A stretch of DNA of 64,000 nucleotides, taken from UHGV virus genome UHGV-0128973, one strand, 5' to 3'. The notes beneath the pieces are model-generated. The model worked only from the letters and a program-made list of their open reading frames with translations. It did not search any database and was not told the origin of the DNA. Of the stretch, positions 27,474-35,846 are shown in pieces; position 1 is the stretch's first letter, and each line of letters opens with the position of its first letter. The stretch is from a virus. Both the position numbers and the translations under genes were made by a program.

Positions 27474-28358
27474 TTATGGATTGCGCTTATGGATCTGGAA
27501 GCCGATTTTTCTGCCGTTTTTTATCTCTGAAAATTTAAGATATTCAATAGCTTCCAAATCTTTCATGGCTTTTCTGATAACGCTATTTTGCACGCTAACG
27601 GATGATTTGAGATTAAGCCTTGCTCTAAGGCGCTCAATGCTGACAGGTGCCGGGTTGGCGGGTAGAGCCTCAAAGAATGTATACAGCACCTTGGCCGTCT
27701 CTTTGCGCCCGAGCTTATCCAGCATCTTCAGCTTCAGGATTCGCTTATAGTCAACATAGTAAAGTTCAGATAGCTGTTTTTGCGGCTGGATCTCGATAAC
27801 ATCAAGCTCGGTATTCAGGCTGCTATATGCCAACAAGTTGACGTTAATGTTATTGAGATGACCTTTTGCCGCCGGGAAGCGGAATTTGACAACTGTCTGC
27901 TGAATGCGTGTCAGAGAGTCATCAATACTTTTACGGAACGCCTTTGAAAGGCGCTTACGTGGATAGCCGCATCGATCGGCAAACTCGGAGAATGGCAGGG
28001 TGATTATGCCGTCATCATCAGGAGCATAGTCAAACAACGCGGAGGTTATGCCCACCCACACCTTAAAATCAGTATCCATATCCAGGCGTGGACCATGAAT
28101 TTCAATTCCCTCATAGCCTTCCTGCTCAACAATTTTGAGGCTTGATAGTTCTTCGGTTGCGTTCGTTGTGTTTGTTGTAACTGACGATCCGCGACGTAGC
28201 GCCACATTGGTAGATTTTAAGGTTGGCACAAACACACCTAAGCGCAACAAAGCTATGGGTTGTATAGTGCTGTTGTTATTGGGCTTCAGGCTGTGGATTT
28301 CTCCTGTATTTCCTGCAACTTCTTCAACGCTAAGGAAGCCTTTACTTTCTTCCGGCAT
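27474..28358 (-). CDS. repA: Plasmid replication initiator RepA (294 aa), an iteron-binding Rep of the P1/F RepE-like family.
   Basis: Family-conserved blocks (QPIALLRLGVFVP, ITGPRLDMDTDFK-like HGPRLDMDTDFKVW) and iterons on both sides of the gene. Confidence 0.85.
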   Translation of the reverse strand: MPEESKGFLSVEEVAGNTGEIHSLKPNNNSTIQPIALLRLGVFVPTLKSTNVALRRGSSVTTNTTNATEELSSLKIVEQEGYEGIEIHGPRLDMDTDFKVWVGITSALFDYAPDDDGIITLPFSEFADRCGYPRKRLSKAFRKSIDDSLTRIQQTVVKFRFPAAKGHLNNINVNLLAYSSLNTELDVIEIQPQKQLSELYYVDYKRILKLKMLDKLGRKETAKVLYTFFEALPANPAPVSIERLRARLNLKSSVSVQNSVIRKAMKDLEAIEYLKFSEIKNGRKIGFQIHKRNP

Positions 28359-28406
28359 CGTGGTTTCTCCATGTGTGGCGCGGCCTGGCGTTAATTTAGA
28401 TGACTG

Positions 28407-28650
28407 TTATCAACAGCTGTGAATATTCAGGCTCTAAAATCGCGTACAGTCAACGTTTCTGTCGCGTATAGTCAACAATAAATCGCGTGCAGTCAACATA
28501 AAATCGCACACAGTCAACATAAAATCGCGTATAGTCAATGTTGATCCCGTTTCAGGCCATGAACGGCGCGGCTTACAGCGATCCGGGATCTTCTTTGGAT
28601 CTTCCTAGGTTCTCTTTGGGATCTGTTTATTGGATCTATGCTGTGGATAA
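28407..28650. other. Plasmid origin (oriR-like): DnaA boxes, five iterons and a GATC cluster.
   Basis: TTATCAACA at 28407 and TGTGGATAA at 28642 are DnaA boxes. Six GATC sites lie between 28543 and 28636, mostly as (T/G)GGATCT. Confidence 0.7.
28436..28539 (+). repeat. Five direct origin iterons (incC-like) upstream of repA.
   Basis: AAAATCGCGT(A/G)(C/T)AGTCAAC repeats at about 21-22 bp spacing: 28436, 28458, 28479, 28500 and 28521. Confidence 0.85.
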
Positions 28651-28692
28651 GTTGAATAAACCGGCCAACATAGCCGGTTGGAAGGAAGGGTA

Positions 28693-29085
28693 TTATTCTA
28701 CGCTTTCGATAAGAAGACCATGTTCATAACATTTAAGCTCATCGCCTTCGTACAGGAATTGGTATCCAATACCACCATATTCAGGCACATTAGGGAATAA
28801 CTCATCACTTACCGAAGAACAAATCACACCAATGCAGCGATCAACGCCTTCTCGTTCTTCAGTGCTGAAAAAATCCTCTTCGGTAAGAACATGAGTACAT
28901 TGCTCATCAGCATAGGTCGGAAATACATGCTCGATGCAATCCGGGTGTTTTAAACCAAGCTGATCGGCAAGCTCGAAAGCATGACGGTATTGTTCAGATC
29001 CTGGCTTGCCAACAGTGATGTGCTCAATTTTGTAGATTGAAGTCGCTTTGTTGATAGTTTGCTTTACTGTTACTTTATCAGACAT
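28693..29085 (-). CDS. upfA: Hypothetical protein (130 aa).
   Basis: Complete ORF in the position of P1 upfA next to oriR. No motif recognised. Confidence 0.45.
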   Translation of the reverse strand: MSDKVTVKQTINKATSIYKIEHITVGKPGSEQYRHAFELADQLGLKHPDCIEHVFPTYADEQCTHVLTEEDFFSTEEREGVDRCIGVICSSVSDELFPNVPEYGGIGYQFLYEGDELKCYEHGLLIESVE

Positions 29086-29096
29086 AAAAATCCCTT

Positions 29097-29408
29097 TTAG
29101 TTACCGCTGATAGCGCGGTTGTAATCATTAACGTTGCGATTCTTCCTGTTAATCCCCTTCAGCATCGTTTCTGTATCGAGGATATACGCTGGCAGATCAT
29201 CAAAATATTCACTGCTAAACTCTGGCATCCTGCACATAAATGCACTTTTGGGGGCAGGGTGGTTAACCTTTGTCGGCGTCGGCGTTAAATTCGCTGATCG
29301 ACTCCCGGAGCAACCGCTGAGTGTCAGCAGGAATGCGCTGGCGAACATTACCCGCCGCAACCAGTTGTTTCTGAACTTCAGCTTTTCGTTCCATTTGCCT
29401 GTCAGCAT
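29097..29408 (-). CDS. mlp: Outer-membrane lipoprotein, o-spanin (Rz1-like). The start is uncertain (29429, 29408 or 29345).
   Basis: Lipobox LTLSG-C preceded by RRVMFASAFL, and a Pro-rich mature part. It begins inside the i-spanin gene in another frame and extends past its stop. Confidence 0.65.
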   Translation of the reverse strand: MLTGKWNEKLKFRNNWLRRVMFASAFLLTLSGCSGSRSANLTPTPTKVNHPAPKSAFMCRMPEFSSEYFDDLPAYILDTETMLKGINRKNRNVNDYNRAISGN

Positions 29409-29685
29409 ATTTGGCTTGTTCTGATTCATTTTTCACTTCCTGGCTGTGAAAATGTTGCTCTGCTTTGTTCATCGTCTCAATGGTCTGGTTAAGATCCATT
29501 ATTGACTTATCACGTTCCTTAATAGCCTGATCAAGACTGCCAATTTTCTCCATGGCTTGCTTTAGCTGATGACGTTCCCATGCAAACCCAGCACCAACAA
29601 GTGCGCAAATCAGAACAAGAACACCAGTAGCAGCAAGTTTCTCCTTCAAAGACAAAGCTGTTTTTAACGTAGAAAAGAATGACAT
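29263..29685 (-). CDS. ppfA: Inner-membrane spanin component, i-spanin (Rz-like; 140 aa).
   Basis: AGGAGG RBS precedes ATG 29685. N-terminal TM LAATGVLVLICALVGAGFAW followed by a charged coiled-coil periplasmic domain. Confidence 0.65.
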   Translation of the reverse strand: MSFFSTLKTALSLKEKLAATGVLVLICALVGAGFAWERHQLKQAMEKIGSLDQAIKERDKSIMDLNQTIETMNKAEQHFHSQEVKNESEQAKYADRQMERKAEVQKQLVAAGNVRQRIPADTQRLLRESISEFNADADKG

Positions 29686-29724
29686 GTCTTCCTCCTGAAG
29701 AAAAATTATCAATGAAGTCCTTTG

Positions 29725-30513
29725 TTACTGTGCCGCTTTGTTTAATTCATCAAGAACAGAATCAGGAACCAAAGCGGCAACTGCGCTGGCTGTGCTGACC
29801 TTATTTGCTGATGCTTCCGCAAGCGCGGTACCGATAGCATGGTTATAAGCAGTTATGGCTACGTTGGCGCTTTCATACGCTCGTTCATACTGCTGTTGTA
29901 ACGCAGTTGTGGGCGCTGTTGTCTGGTTGAAAACAACCCTAAACTGTTCCGTTGCTACTTTCAGAGATTCAATTTGCTCTTCTGTTAGTGCTGGTGGGGG
30001 AGTGGCAGTGCCGCCGCCTGAACCAGAGCCTGACGAGCTTCCTGAGCCAGTGTTAAGGGTCTGGTTAATCTCCCCCATAGCAGCGACTAAACTTGATGTA
30101 TTAAGCGCGTTAACAGCGTCCTCAAGCGATTTAGTAATATTCACATCACCAATGGCAATAGAGATCGGCAGTTCTGAAACTTCTCGCTCATTAGCACGGC
30201 AGTAAACATCCCAACCAATATCGAGTTGAAGCAGCATTGACAGATCTGCATAACCAGCCAACAGGTCCGCGTGCTTAGTTGCCAGTTCTCCAATGTTCGT
30301 TAAGCCGGTTGTGGTTGTTCTGATCGTTGAAACATAGCTGGTAATAGTGTCGGGATAGACAATTGTATCCAGAATTAATCCGGTCAATTCTTCTGCAAGC
30401 AGTTTTGCTGTGTTAGCACTGTTTCGTGCCGATGTTATGGCACCAGGTGTTTTCATCCCACCGGCGGCGGCCAATTTTTTATATGCGGATAACTGGTAGT
30501 CTTTTTCCAGCAT
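29725..30513 (-). CDS. upfB: Hypothetical protein with a Gly/Ser linker, downstream of the PAAR gene (262 aa from the RBS-supported ATG).
   Basis: TAGGAGATATC precedes ATG 30513. It contains GSGSSSGSGSGGG and Ala/Thr-rich helical segments. It sits in the P1 upfB position. Confidence 0.5.
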   Translation of the reverse strand: MLEKDYQLSAYKKLAAAGGMKTPGAITSARNSANTAKLLAEELTGLILDTIVYPDTITSYVSTIRTTTTGLTNIGELATKHADLLAGYADLSMLLQLDIGWDVYCRANEREVSELPISIAIGDVNITKSLEDAVNALNTSSLVAAMGEINQTLNTGSGSSSGSGSGGGTATPPPALTEEQIESLKVATEQFRVVFNQTTAPTTALQQQYERAYESANVAITAYNHAIGTALAEASANKVSTASAVAALVPDSVLDELNKAAQ

Positions 30514-30521
30514 GATATCTC

Positions 30522-30806
30522 CTAACTTACCTGAACCAGGCCGTCTCCGGACGCTACGGTAGATCCGCATGAAACAGGGTCACCAACGCATACGATCCCT
30601 TTACCATTGACGGTAAACCATGCCCTGGTTGATATAGCTTGCCCACCGTGCGTACTGTTTCCATCGGTATGCTGTGCATATTGCTTACCATCAACTAACA
30701 CTTCGACTCCGTTGACTTTAAGTAGTGGTTCACTCTCTACAGGAGGCCTGGATGGGAATCCTCCGTGCCCCGAACAAATGCTGTCTTTTGTTGCAATACT
30801 TGCCAC
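30522..30806 (-). CDS. upfC: PAAR-like spike-tip protein (94 aa).
   Basis: PAAR-type repeats: CSGHGG, THGGQ, VCVGDPVSCG and ASGDGLV. Confidence 0.6.
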   Translation of the reverse strand: MASIATKDSICSGHGGFPSRPPVESEPLLKVNGVEVLVDGKQYAQHTDGNSTHGGQAISTRAWFTVNGKGIVCVGDPVSCGSTVASGDGLVQVS

Positions 30807-30886
30807 GTCATCACCAATTATTTGCTCTGGTTTTCGTTATTTTAACTTAGGTTACTTGTGGTCTACATGGTGTTAACTATTGTATG

Positions 30887-30903
30887 ATTGCTCTAATAAA
30901 TAT
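30887..30903 (+). promoter_or_regulatory. C1 operator upstream of the uhr-hrdC-dmt operon.
   Basis: ATTGCTCTAATAAATAT has one mismatch to the consensus. Confidence 0.75.
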
Positions 30904-30974
30904 TGTTTTTTATGTCGTGTTTTCGGTACCATTCAGCCATCGCCCTTCAATGGGTATTTGTTTGGAGTCGTCAG

Positions 30975-31259
30975 ATGCAGATGGAGCTAATAAGCCGCAA
31001 AGAGTTCGATAGCCGTGTAACCAGCGGTGAACTCGACAACTTGCAGGCTATCAAGGTGAAAGAAGGCTTTTGCCTCATTGGGAATCAGAGCGGAACAAAT
31101 CGCGTTTTTATGCTTCGCCGTACGGATTTGAAGCCATTTGTCTGGAAGAACGAAATTGGTCCCAGCTCATACGCTCAAACTAGGGGGTGCCTCAACCTGG
31201 CCTTTTTCTACAAAAACGAGCTTTCTGTGGTTGATATTCAAGGGTTACAACATGTTTAA
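30975..31259 (+). CDS. uhr: Hypothetical protein upstream of hrdC (94 aa).
   Basis: GGAG RBS 7 nt before ATG 30975. Its end overlaps the hrdC start. Confidence 0.5.
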   Translation: MQMELISRKEFDSRVTSGELDNLQAIKVKEGFCLIGNQSGTNRVFMLRRTDLKPFVWKNEIGPSSYAQTRGCLNLAFFYKNELSVVDIQGLQHV

Positions 31260-32157
31260 GCACTGGAAAAACATTACTATTTATAAACTTTCTCGTGAAG
31301 CGGATCTGACCGACTTAGAAGATAAAAAGAAAATGATCCTTTTCACGCCATGCGGTAGTCAGGATATGGCCAAGTTCGGTTTTGTATCTCCATTTGGTGA
31401 TAATTCCGAAGTTATCGCTATGCATGGAAATGGTTTTATCCTTGTTGAAGCAAAGCGCGAAACAAAAATCCTTCCCCCGCCGGTTATCCAGCGAGCTATT
31501 CAAGAAAAAATTGAAAAACTCGAGCAAGAACAAGCGCGTAAACTGAAGAAAACAGAGAAGGACTCCCTGAAAGACGAAGTTCTGCATTCTCTTCTGCCAC
31601 GGGCGTTTTCAAAGTTTTCTGTTATCCAGGCGATCTACGACGGTTCAACTAAACGTATCTATATCAATGCCAGCGCGCGGCAGGCAGAGGATATGCTCGC
31701 GCTTATGCGTAAATCTCTGGGTTCTCTTCCTGTTGTTCCCCTAAGTGTTGAAAATCCCATTGAATTAACGCTGACCGACTGGGTACGTGATGGTAGTGCT
31801 CCACAGGGATTTCAAATGGGGGATGCGGCAGAACTTAAGGCAGTGCTTGAGGATGGCGGTATTGCCCGAGTGAAAAAGCAGGATTTGGGAAGCGATGAAA
31901 TTTCCACACACCTGGAAGCTGGCAAGCTCGTTACTAAGTTGGCACTCGACTGGCAGAACCGCATTAAATTTACACTGGACCATAACTTCAGCCTTACCAG
32001 CGTCAAATTTGCGGATGAATTGCTTGAGCAGAACTCTGATATTGATAGTGAAGATGTTGCGCAGCGACTGGACGCAGATTTCTTCCTGTTGACCAGTGAA
32101 ATTTCGTGCCTGGTTGATGCTCTGGTAAATGCCCTTGGTGGAGAGGCTAAGCAGTGA
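31252..32157 (+). CDS. hrdC: RdgC-homologous recombination-associated protein (301 aa).
   Basis: Starts [13 protein letters not shown], which is RdgC-like. Its length matches E. coli RdgC (about 303 aa). The longer ORF-track start at 31138 overlaps uhr. Confidence 0.75.
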   Translation: MFKHWKNITIYKLSREADLTDLEDKKKMILFTPCGSQDMAKFGFVSPFGDNSEVIAMHGNGFILVEAKRETKILPPPVIQRAIQEKIEKLEQEQARKLKKTEKDSLKDEVLHSLLPRAFSKFSVIQAIYDGSTKRIYINASARQAEDMLALMRKSLGSLPVVPLSVENPIELTLTDWVRDGSAPQGFQMGDAAELKAVLEDGGIARVKKQDLGSDEISTHLEAGKLVTKLALDWQNRIKFTLDHNFSLTSVKFADELLEQNSDIDSEDVAQRLDADFFLLTSEISCLVDALVNALGGEAKQ

Positions 32158-34418
32158 AAGAGCTGTGCTATGGATCTGTTTGCAGTGGAATTGAAGCCGC
32201 GAGTATTGCCTGGGAACCGTTGGGTATGCGTCCGGCGTGGTTTGCTGAAATCGAGCCTTTTCCATCTGCCGTTCTTGCGCACCGCTGGCCCCATGTCGCC
32301 AACCTTGGCGACATGACAAAACTTGCCAAAAAAGTCCTGGCTGGGGAAATCGAATCCCCTGATGTGCTCGTCGGGGGTACGCCTTGTCAGGCATTCAGTA
32401 TCGCGGGCTTACGTGGTGGGCTTGATGATGAACGCGGCGCGCTAACTTTGAAGTATGTGGAGCTTGCAAATGCAATTGACGACAAACGGTCTGAGTCCTT
32501 CCTCAAACCGACAGTTATCGTCTGGGAAAATGTCCCAGGAGTCCTGTCATCGGCAGATAACGCCTTCGGATGTTTCCTTGCCGGATTGGCTGGAGAAGAT
32601 GCGCCATTTGAACCAGGTGATCGACCTGAATCAGGAAAAAGTAACGCGTTCTGGCGGTGGGATGGCAAAACCGGTTGCCATGCTCCAAAGTGGCCGCAGT
32701 GTGGTTGTATTTATGGACCGCAGCGAAAGGTGGCCTGGAGAATCCTTGATGCCCAATACTTCGGAGTGGCACAACGACGCCGACGCGTGTTTGTTGTCGC
32801 AAGTGCTCGAACAGACCTCGATCCCGCAACGGTACTTTTTGAGTTCGAAGGCGTGCGCCGGAATATTGCGCCGAGCCGAAAAAAGAAGGAAATCGCTTCC
32901 GCCATTATTGCAAATGGCGCTGCAATCAGTGGCGAAAGCCTAAATCCATGCCTACACGCTGACATGCCACCCGGTATGAAATCGACGAAAGCCGTAAACG
33001 CTTTCAGGATGGCGGCATTTGGGGAATATATTGACGATGAAACCGCATCGACAGTAAAGGCAAGAGATTTTAAAGATGCCACTGACCTTGCCGTTTTTAG
33101 CAGCACAGGAGCAGGTTTTTGGTCAGAAGGGCATGGTACATTGCGGGCACGTGAGCAAGAAAGCCATGAGCATCTTGTTACATTGGCTTTTCCTGAGCGT
33201 ATGAGCGGTACACAACATGCTGCAACTAAGAATACTTCACCATCTCTAATGGCTAAAAATCCAACAGCTGTATGCTATGAAGTAAGAAACGCAGAAGTAG
33301 CTGTCCGCCGTCTTACCCCTGTCGAATGTGAAAGGCTGCAAGGTTTTCCTGATGGGCATACGTTGATCCCGACGGAAAAGCGTAAAAAAGTTAATTCAGA
33401 TGAACTGGCATATCTTCGCAATCACTATCCAGATTTAAGCGAAGAAGAGGCCGCGATGCTTGCAGCTGACGGACCGCGTTACAAAGCGATCGGCAATAGT
33501 ATGGCAATACCAGTAATGTGCTGGATTGGCGATCGGATTACTAAGGCCGTATGTCGGCAGAAAGAAGGAAGTGAAACAAAAGAGCGAAAAGTTAAACCAG
33601 CGGCAGAATTCGAACGGTCCATATTCAAATGGGCTGGTGGAAAATTTGGTGTTCTGGAACAAATCTTTCGCTATTTGCCAGAAGGGAAGCGCCTGATTGA
33701 ACCTTTCGTTGGTGGCGGAGCTGTCTTCATGAATGCCGGATACCAGGAAAATCTGCTAAATGATGTGAATGCTGACCTGATTAACTTTTACAAGACTCTG
33801 CAACGCGAGGCGCATTCACTTATCACTCTGGCACATCGTTTCTTCCAGGACTACAACACGCAGGAAGGATACCTGGCAGTACGGAATGCGTTTAACAAAC
33901 AAGTCTATGATGATTTACATCGCGCAGCGGCGTTTTTGTTCCTGAACCGACATTGTTTTAACGGATTGACGCGTTACAACCAAGCCGGTGAGTTCAATGT
34001 CGGTTATGGGAAGTATAAAACTCCGTATTTCCCATTGCAGGAGATGGAAGCCTTCCTTGGTGCGGAAGGGCGTTCTGAGTTTGTATGTGGTGATTTTGCT
34101 GCGGTGATTGAAGCTGCCGGAGAAGGAGATGTCATCTTTTGCGATCCGCCGTATGAACCGCTCCCAAATACAGAGGGATTCACGAACTATTCCGGTCATG
34201 ACTTTAAGTTTGAAGAGCAAAAACGCCTGGTGTCTCTGTTGACGGATGCTCATCGCCGAGGTGCAAAGGTTCTCATTACTAACAGTGGCGCGCCAAACAT
34301 CAGAGAACTTTATCAGGACAGTGGCTTCAGAGTGGAACCTCTTTTTGCCAGACGTTCTGTGTCTTGTAAGGGGGACACTCGAGGTGTTGCTCATGACGTT
34401 ATAGCAATATTGCTCTAA
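32154..34418 (+). CDS. dmt: Bifunctional DNA methyltransferase Dmt (754 aa): an N-terminal C5-cytosine MTase-like domain plus a C-terminal Dam-like N6-adenine MTase.
   Basis: N-terminal motifs [23 protein letters not shown] and QRR.R. C-terminal motifs [16 protein letters not shown] and DPPY. Confidence 0.9.
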   Translation: MKELCYGSVCSGIEAASIAWEPLGMRPAWFAEIEPFPSAVLAHRWPHVANLGDMTKLAKKVLAGEIESPDVLVGGTPCQAFSIAGLRGGLDDERGALTLKYVELANAIDDKRSESFLKPTVIVWENVPGVLSSADNAFGCFLAGLAGEDAPFEPGDRPESGKSNAFWRWDGKTGCHAPKWPQCGCIYGPQRKVAWRILDAQYFGVAQRRRRVFVVASARTDLDPATVLFEFEGVRRNIAPSRKKKEIASAIIANGAAISGESLNPCLHADMPPGMKSTKAVNAFRMAAFGEYIDDETASTVKARDFKDATDLAVFSSTGAGFWSEGHGTLRAREQESHEHLVTLAFPERMSGTQHAATKNTSPSLMAKNPTAVCYEVRNAEVAVRRLTPVECERLQGFPDGHTLIPTEKRKKVNSDELAYLRNHYPDLSEEEAAMLAADGPRYKAIGNSMAIPVMCWIGDRITKAVCRQKEGSETKERKVKPAAEFERSIFKWAGGKFGVLEQIFRYLPEGKRLIEPFVGGGAVFMNAGYQENLLNDVNADLINFYKTLQREAHSLITLAHRFFQDYNTQEGYLAVRNAFNKQVYDDLHRAAAFLFLNRHCFNGLTRYNQAGEFNVGYGKYKTPYFPLQEMEAFLGAEGRSEFVCGDFAAVIEAAGEGDVIFCDPPYEPLPNTEGFTNYSGHDFKFEEQKRLVSLLTDAHRRGAKVLITNSGAPNIRELYQDSGFRVEPLFARRSVSCKGDTRGVAHDVIAILL

Positions 34419-34436
34419 TAAATTTATTAGTGTAAT
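34409..34436. promoter_or_regulatory. Bipartite, overlapping inverted C1 operators (probably Op72) at the ban operon promoter.
   Basis: ATTGCTCTAATAAATTT (34409-34425) overlaps the inverted AAATTTATTAGTGTAAT (34420-36). A TAATAT -10-like hexamer lies inside. Confidence 0.75.
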
Positions 34437-34444
34437 ATCGCCTC

Positions 34445-34628
34445 AATGAATCGTGATTTATAGAGCGATTTAGCTGTTAGCCGCGACAGGCGCGGCGGCA
34501 AGTATGGCGGGGTAGTGACTCCTTCCCCCTCATGACGCCGAGTTGCCAGGTTGACCATACGCCTAAGTGGCAACACCGAAGTGCGTTACGAGCTTCCAGT
34601 TTGCCCATCTTCGGGTGGGCGTTTTTTT
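34445..34628 (+). ncRNA. Candidate structured leader RNA or sRNA of the ban operon, ending at an intrinsic terminator.
   Basis: No ORF. Successive hairpins (CCGCG-ACAG-GCGCGG; GTTGCCA...TGGCAAC) precede the terminator. The 5' end is inferred from the operator/promoter position. Confidence 0.35.
34603..34628 (+). terminator. Strong rho-independent terminator inside the ban operon leader.
   Basis: GCCCATC-TTCG-GGTGGGC (UUCG tetraloop) followed by GTTTTTTT. Confidence 0.75.
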
Positions 34629-34811
34629 CAGGGTTTTCGTCATGGTTAGCGACTTTGCGGCGGTTTAGAAACTGACCATTAAAGTAAATGCAAACGATGA
34701 TCTGATGATGGTAGCGGCCTAAGAAGCCAGACGCCACGGGGTATGAGTCGTCCCCCGTCAAAAAATCGACCGCAGAGTGTCCCCGTCTGTGTATTAGGGA
34801 ACGGGGAGGCA

Positions 34812-34888
34812 CAACAGGTAAGGGCGCTGGTGTGATTAACCAGATGAACGAGAAGGGGCCATCTGTTGGTCAGCGTCCTTTCCTGTTG
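34812..34888 (+). ncRNA. Conserved long-hairpin element, copy A.
   Basis: CAACAGGTAAGGGCGCTG...CAGCGTCCTTTCCTGTTG. The stem sequence is shared with copies B and D. Confidence 0.4.
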
Positions 34889-35093
34889 CGTCTTCTTTTC
34901 AGCGTAACAGCGGTGCTTAACAGCACTTTGGGTACAGTTCCACGAATTTACGGGTATATCCCGTCATGCTGAAAGCGCTAATCACGCTGGAAGCCAGGGT
35001 TATGCATCCCCTGTTACCGAATTGCAGCCAGGGCGCGGTGCGCCGAAAAGCATACGGAGGTGGAAGCCCTCGCCGGAGACGTACCCGGCAAGT

Positions 35094-35168
35094 GATGGTG
35101 TAGCTCAGCGGTAGAGCAGTTGGCTGTTAACCAACTGGTCGGTGGTTCGAATCCACCCACCATCGCCA
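35094..35168 (+). tRNA. trnA: tRNA-Asn (anticodon GTT), CCA encoded.
   Basis: Acceptor GATGGTG/CACCATC, D-arm GCTCAGCGGTAGAGC, anticodon loop CTGTTAA, T-arm GGTGGTTCGAATCCACC. Confidence 0.9.
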
Positions 35169-35173
35169 ATTTA

Positions 35174-35260
35174 GGGGAGTTAGTCCGTAGGGGTAGCGGG
35201 GTAGACTGTAAATCTACTGTCATTGCGACTCGGGTGGTTCGACTCCATCACTCCCCACCA
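35174..35260 (+). tRNA. Class II tRNA-Tyr-like gene (anticodon GTA, long variable arm), CCA encoded.
   Basis: Acceptor GGGGAGT/ACTCCCC, anticodon stem-loop GTAGA-CTGTAAA-TCTAC, variable arm TGTCATTGCGACTCG (compare E. coli tRNA-Tyr CGTCATCGACTTCG), T-arm GGTGG-TTCGACT-CCATC. The D-stem is weak at 3 bp. Confidence 0.7.
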
Positions 35261-35264
35261 AATT

Positions 35265-35340
35265 GCCGGTTTAGCTCAGTTGGTAGAGCAGTCGCTTTGT
35301 AAGCGAATGGTCAGCGGTTCGATCCCGTTAACCGGCACCA
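35265..35340 (+). tRNA. trnT: tRNA-Thr (anticodon TGT), CCA encoded.
   Basis: Acceptor GCCGGTT/AACCGGC, D-arm GCTCAGTTGGTAGAGC, anticodon loop TTTGTAA, T-loop TTCGATC. Confidence 0.9.
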
Positions 35341-35343
35341 ACA

Positions 35344-35426
35344 CAACAGGTAAGAGCATTTGTAGAGTTCGACTCTCTACCGTGGGCTTTTTCCCGCGAT
35401 GCGAGCCATAAATGCTCTTACCGTTG
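35344..35426 (+). ncRNA. Conserved long-hairpin element, copy B, with an internal T-arm-like hairpin.
   Basis: CAACAGGTAAGAGCATTT...AAATGCTCTTACCGTTG encloses GTAGAG-TTCGACT-CTCTAC and CGTGGG-CTTTTT-CCCGCG. Confidence 0.4.
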
Positions 35427-35573
35427 TGATGAAGTGCAGCTCTTAGAAGCAACCAGAAGATAAGCATCTGGCTTCACAACATAAACCGCAGGAACGACCA
35501 ATAAACGGTAGTCCGTATGGAGAACACCCCGTTGAGGAAGAGGCCTGGCCGGAACCGTAACCGGCACTACAAC

Positions 35574-35655
35574 GTTGAGAACACTGGCGTAACGGGGTCA
35601 TATCCCAATCTACGAATAAATGTTGCGTTGCAGCGTGACAACCAGTGTTCTCAAC
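35574..35655 (+). ncRNA. Long-hairpin element C carrying the ACGGGGTCATATCCCAATCTAC motif.
   Basis: A perfect 14-bp stem (GTTGAGAACACTGG / CCAGTGTTCTCAAC) encloses the motif at 35592-35613. Confidence 0.4.
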
Positions 35656-35846
35656 ATTGTGGTGAATGCACAGGCTGATGTGCCGCAACTACAGTAGTGC
35701 GCGCTTTGCGGGGCTTGCTACAACCCTGTGTCGGAGTTCAGCACCGACCATCACAGTTTGATTCTCTGGCATGAGCATAACGCTGAAATAAGTCCAGCCT
35801 GGTGCGGCCCGATCACCCGCCGTTAGCTCCACGAAACGGAGCACGT

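Noticed and set aside
31765-32394. Minus-strand ORFs of 209 and 160 aa overlapping the hrdC/dmt junction, and several others antisense to dmt (32387-33106, 33915-34394).
   Set aside because: They lie opposite strongly supported genes with recognisable RdgC and methyltransferase motifs, and have no RBS or motif support.
34477-34812. A minus-strand 111-aa ORF in the ban operon leader.
   Set aside because: It overlaps the leader hairpins and the terminator on the opposite strand. It has an Arg/His/Gly-rich composition and no RBS.
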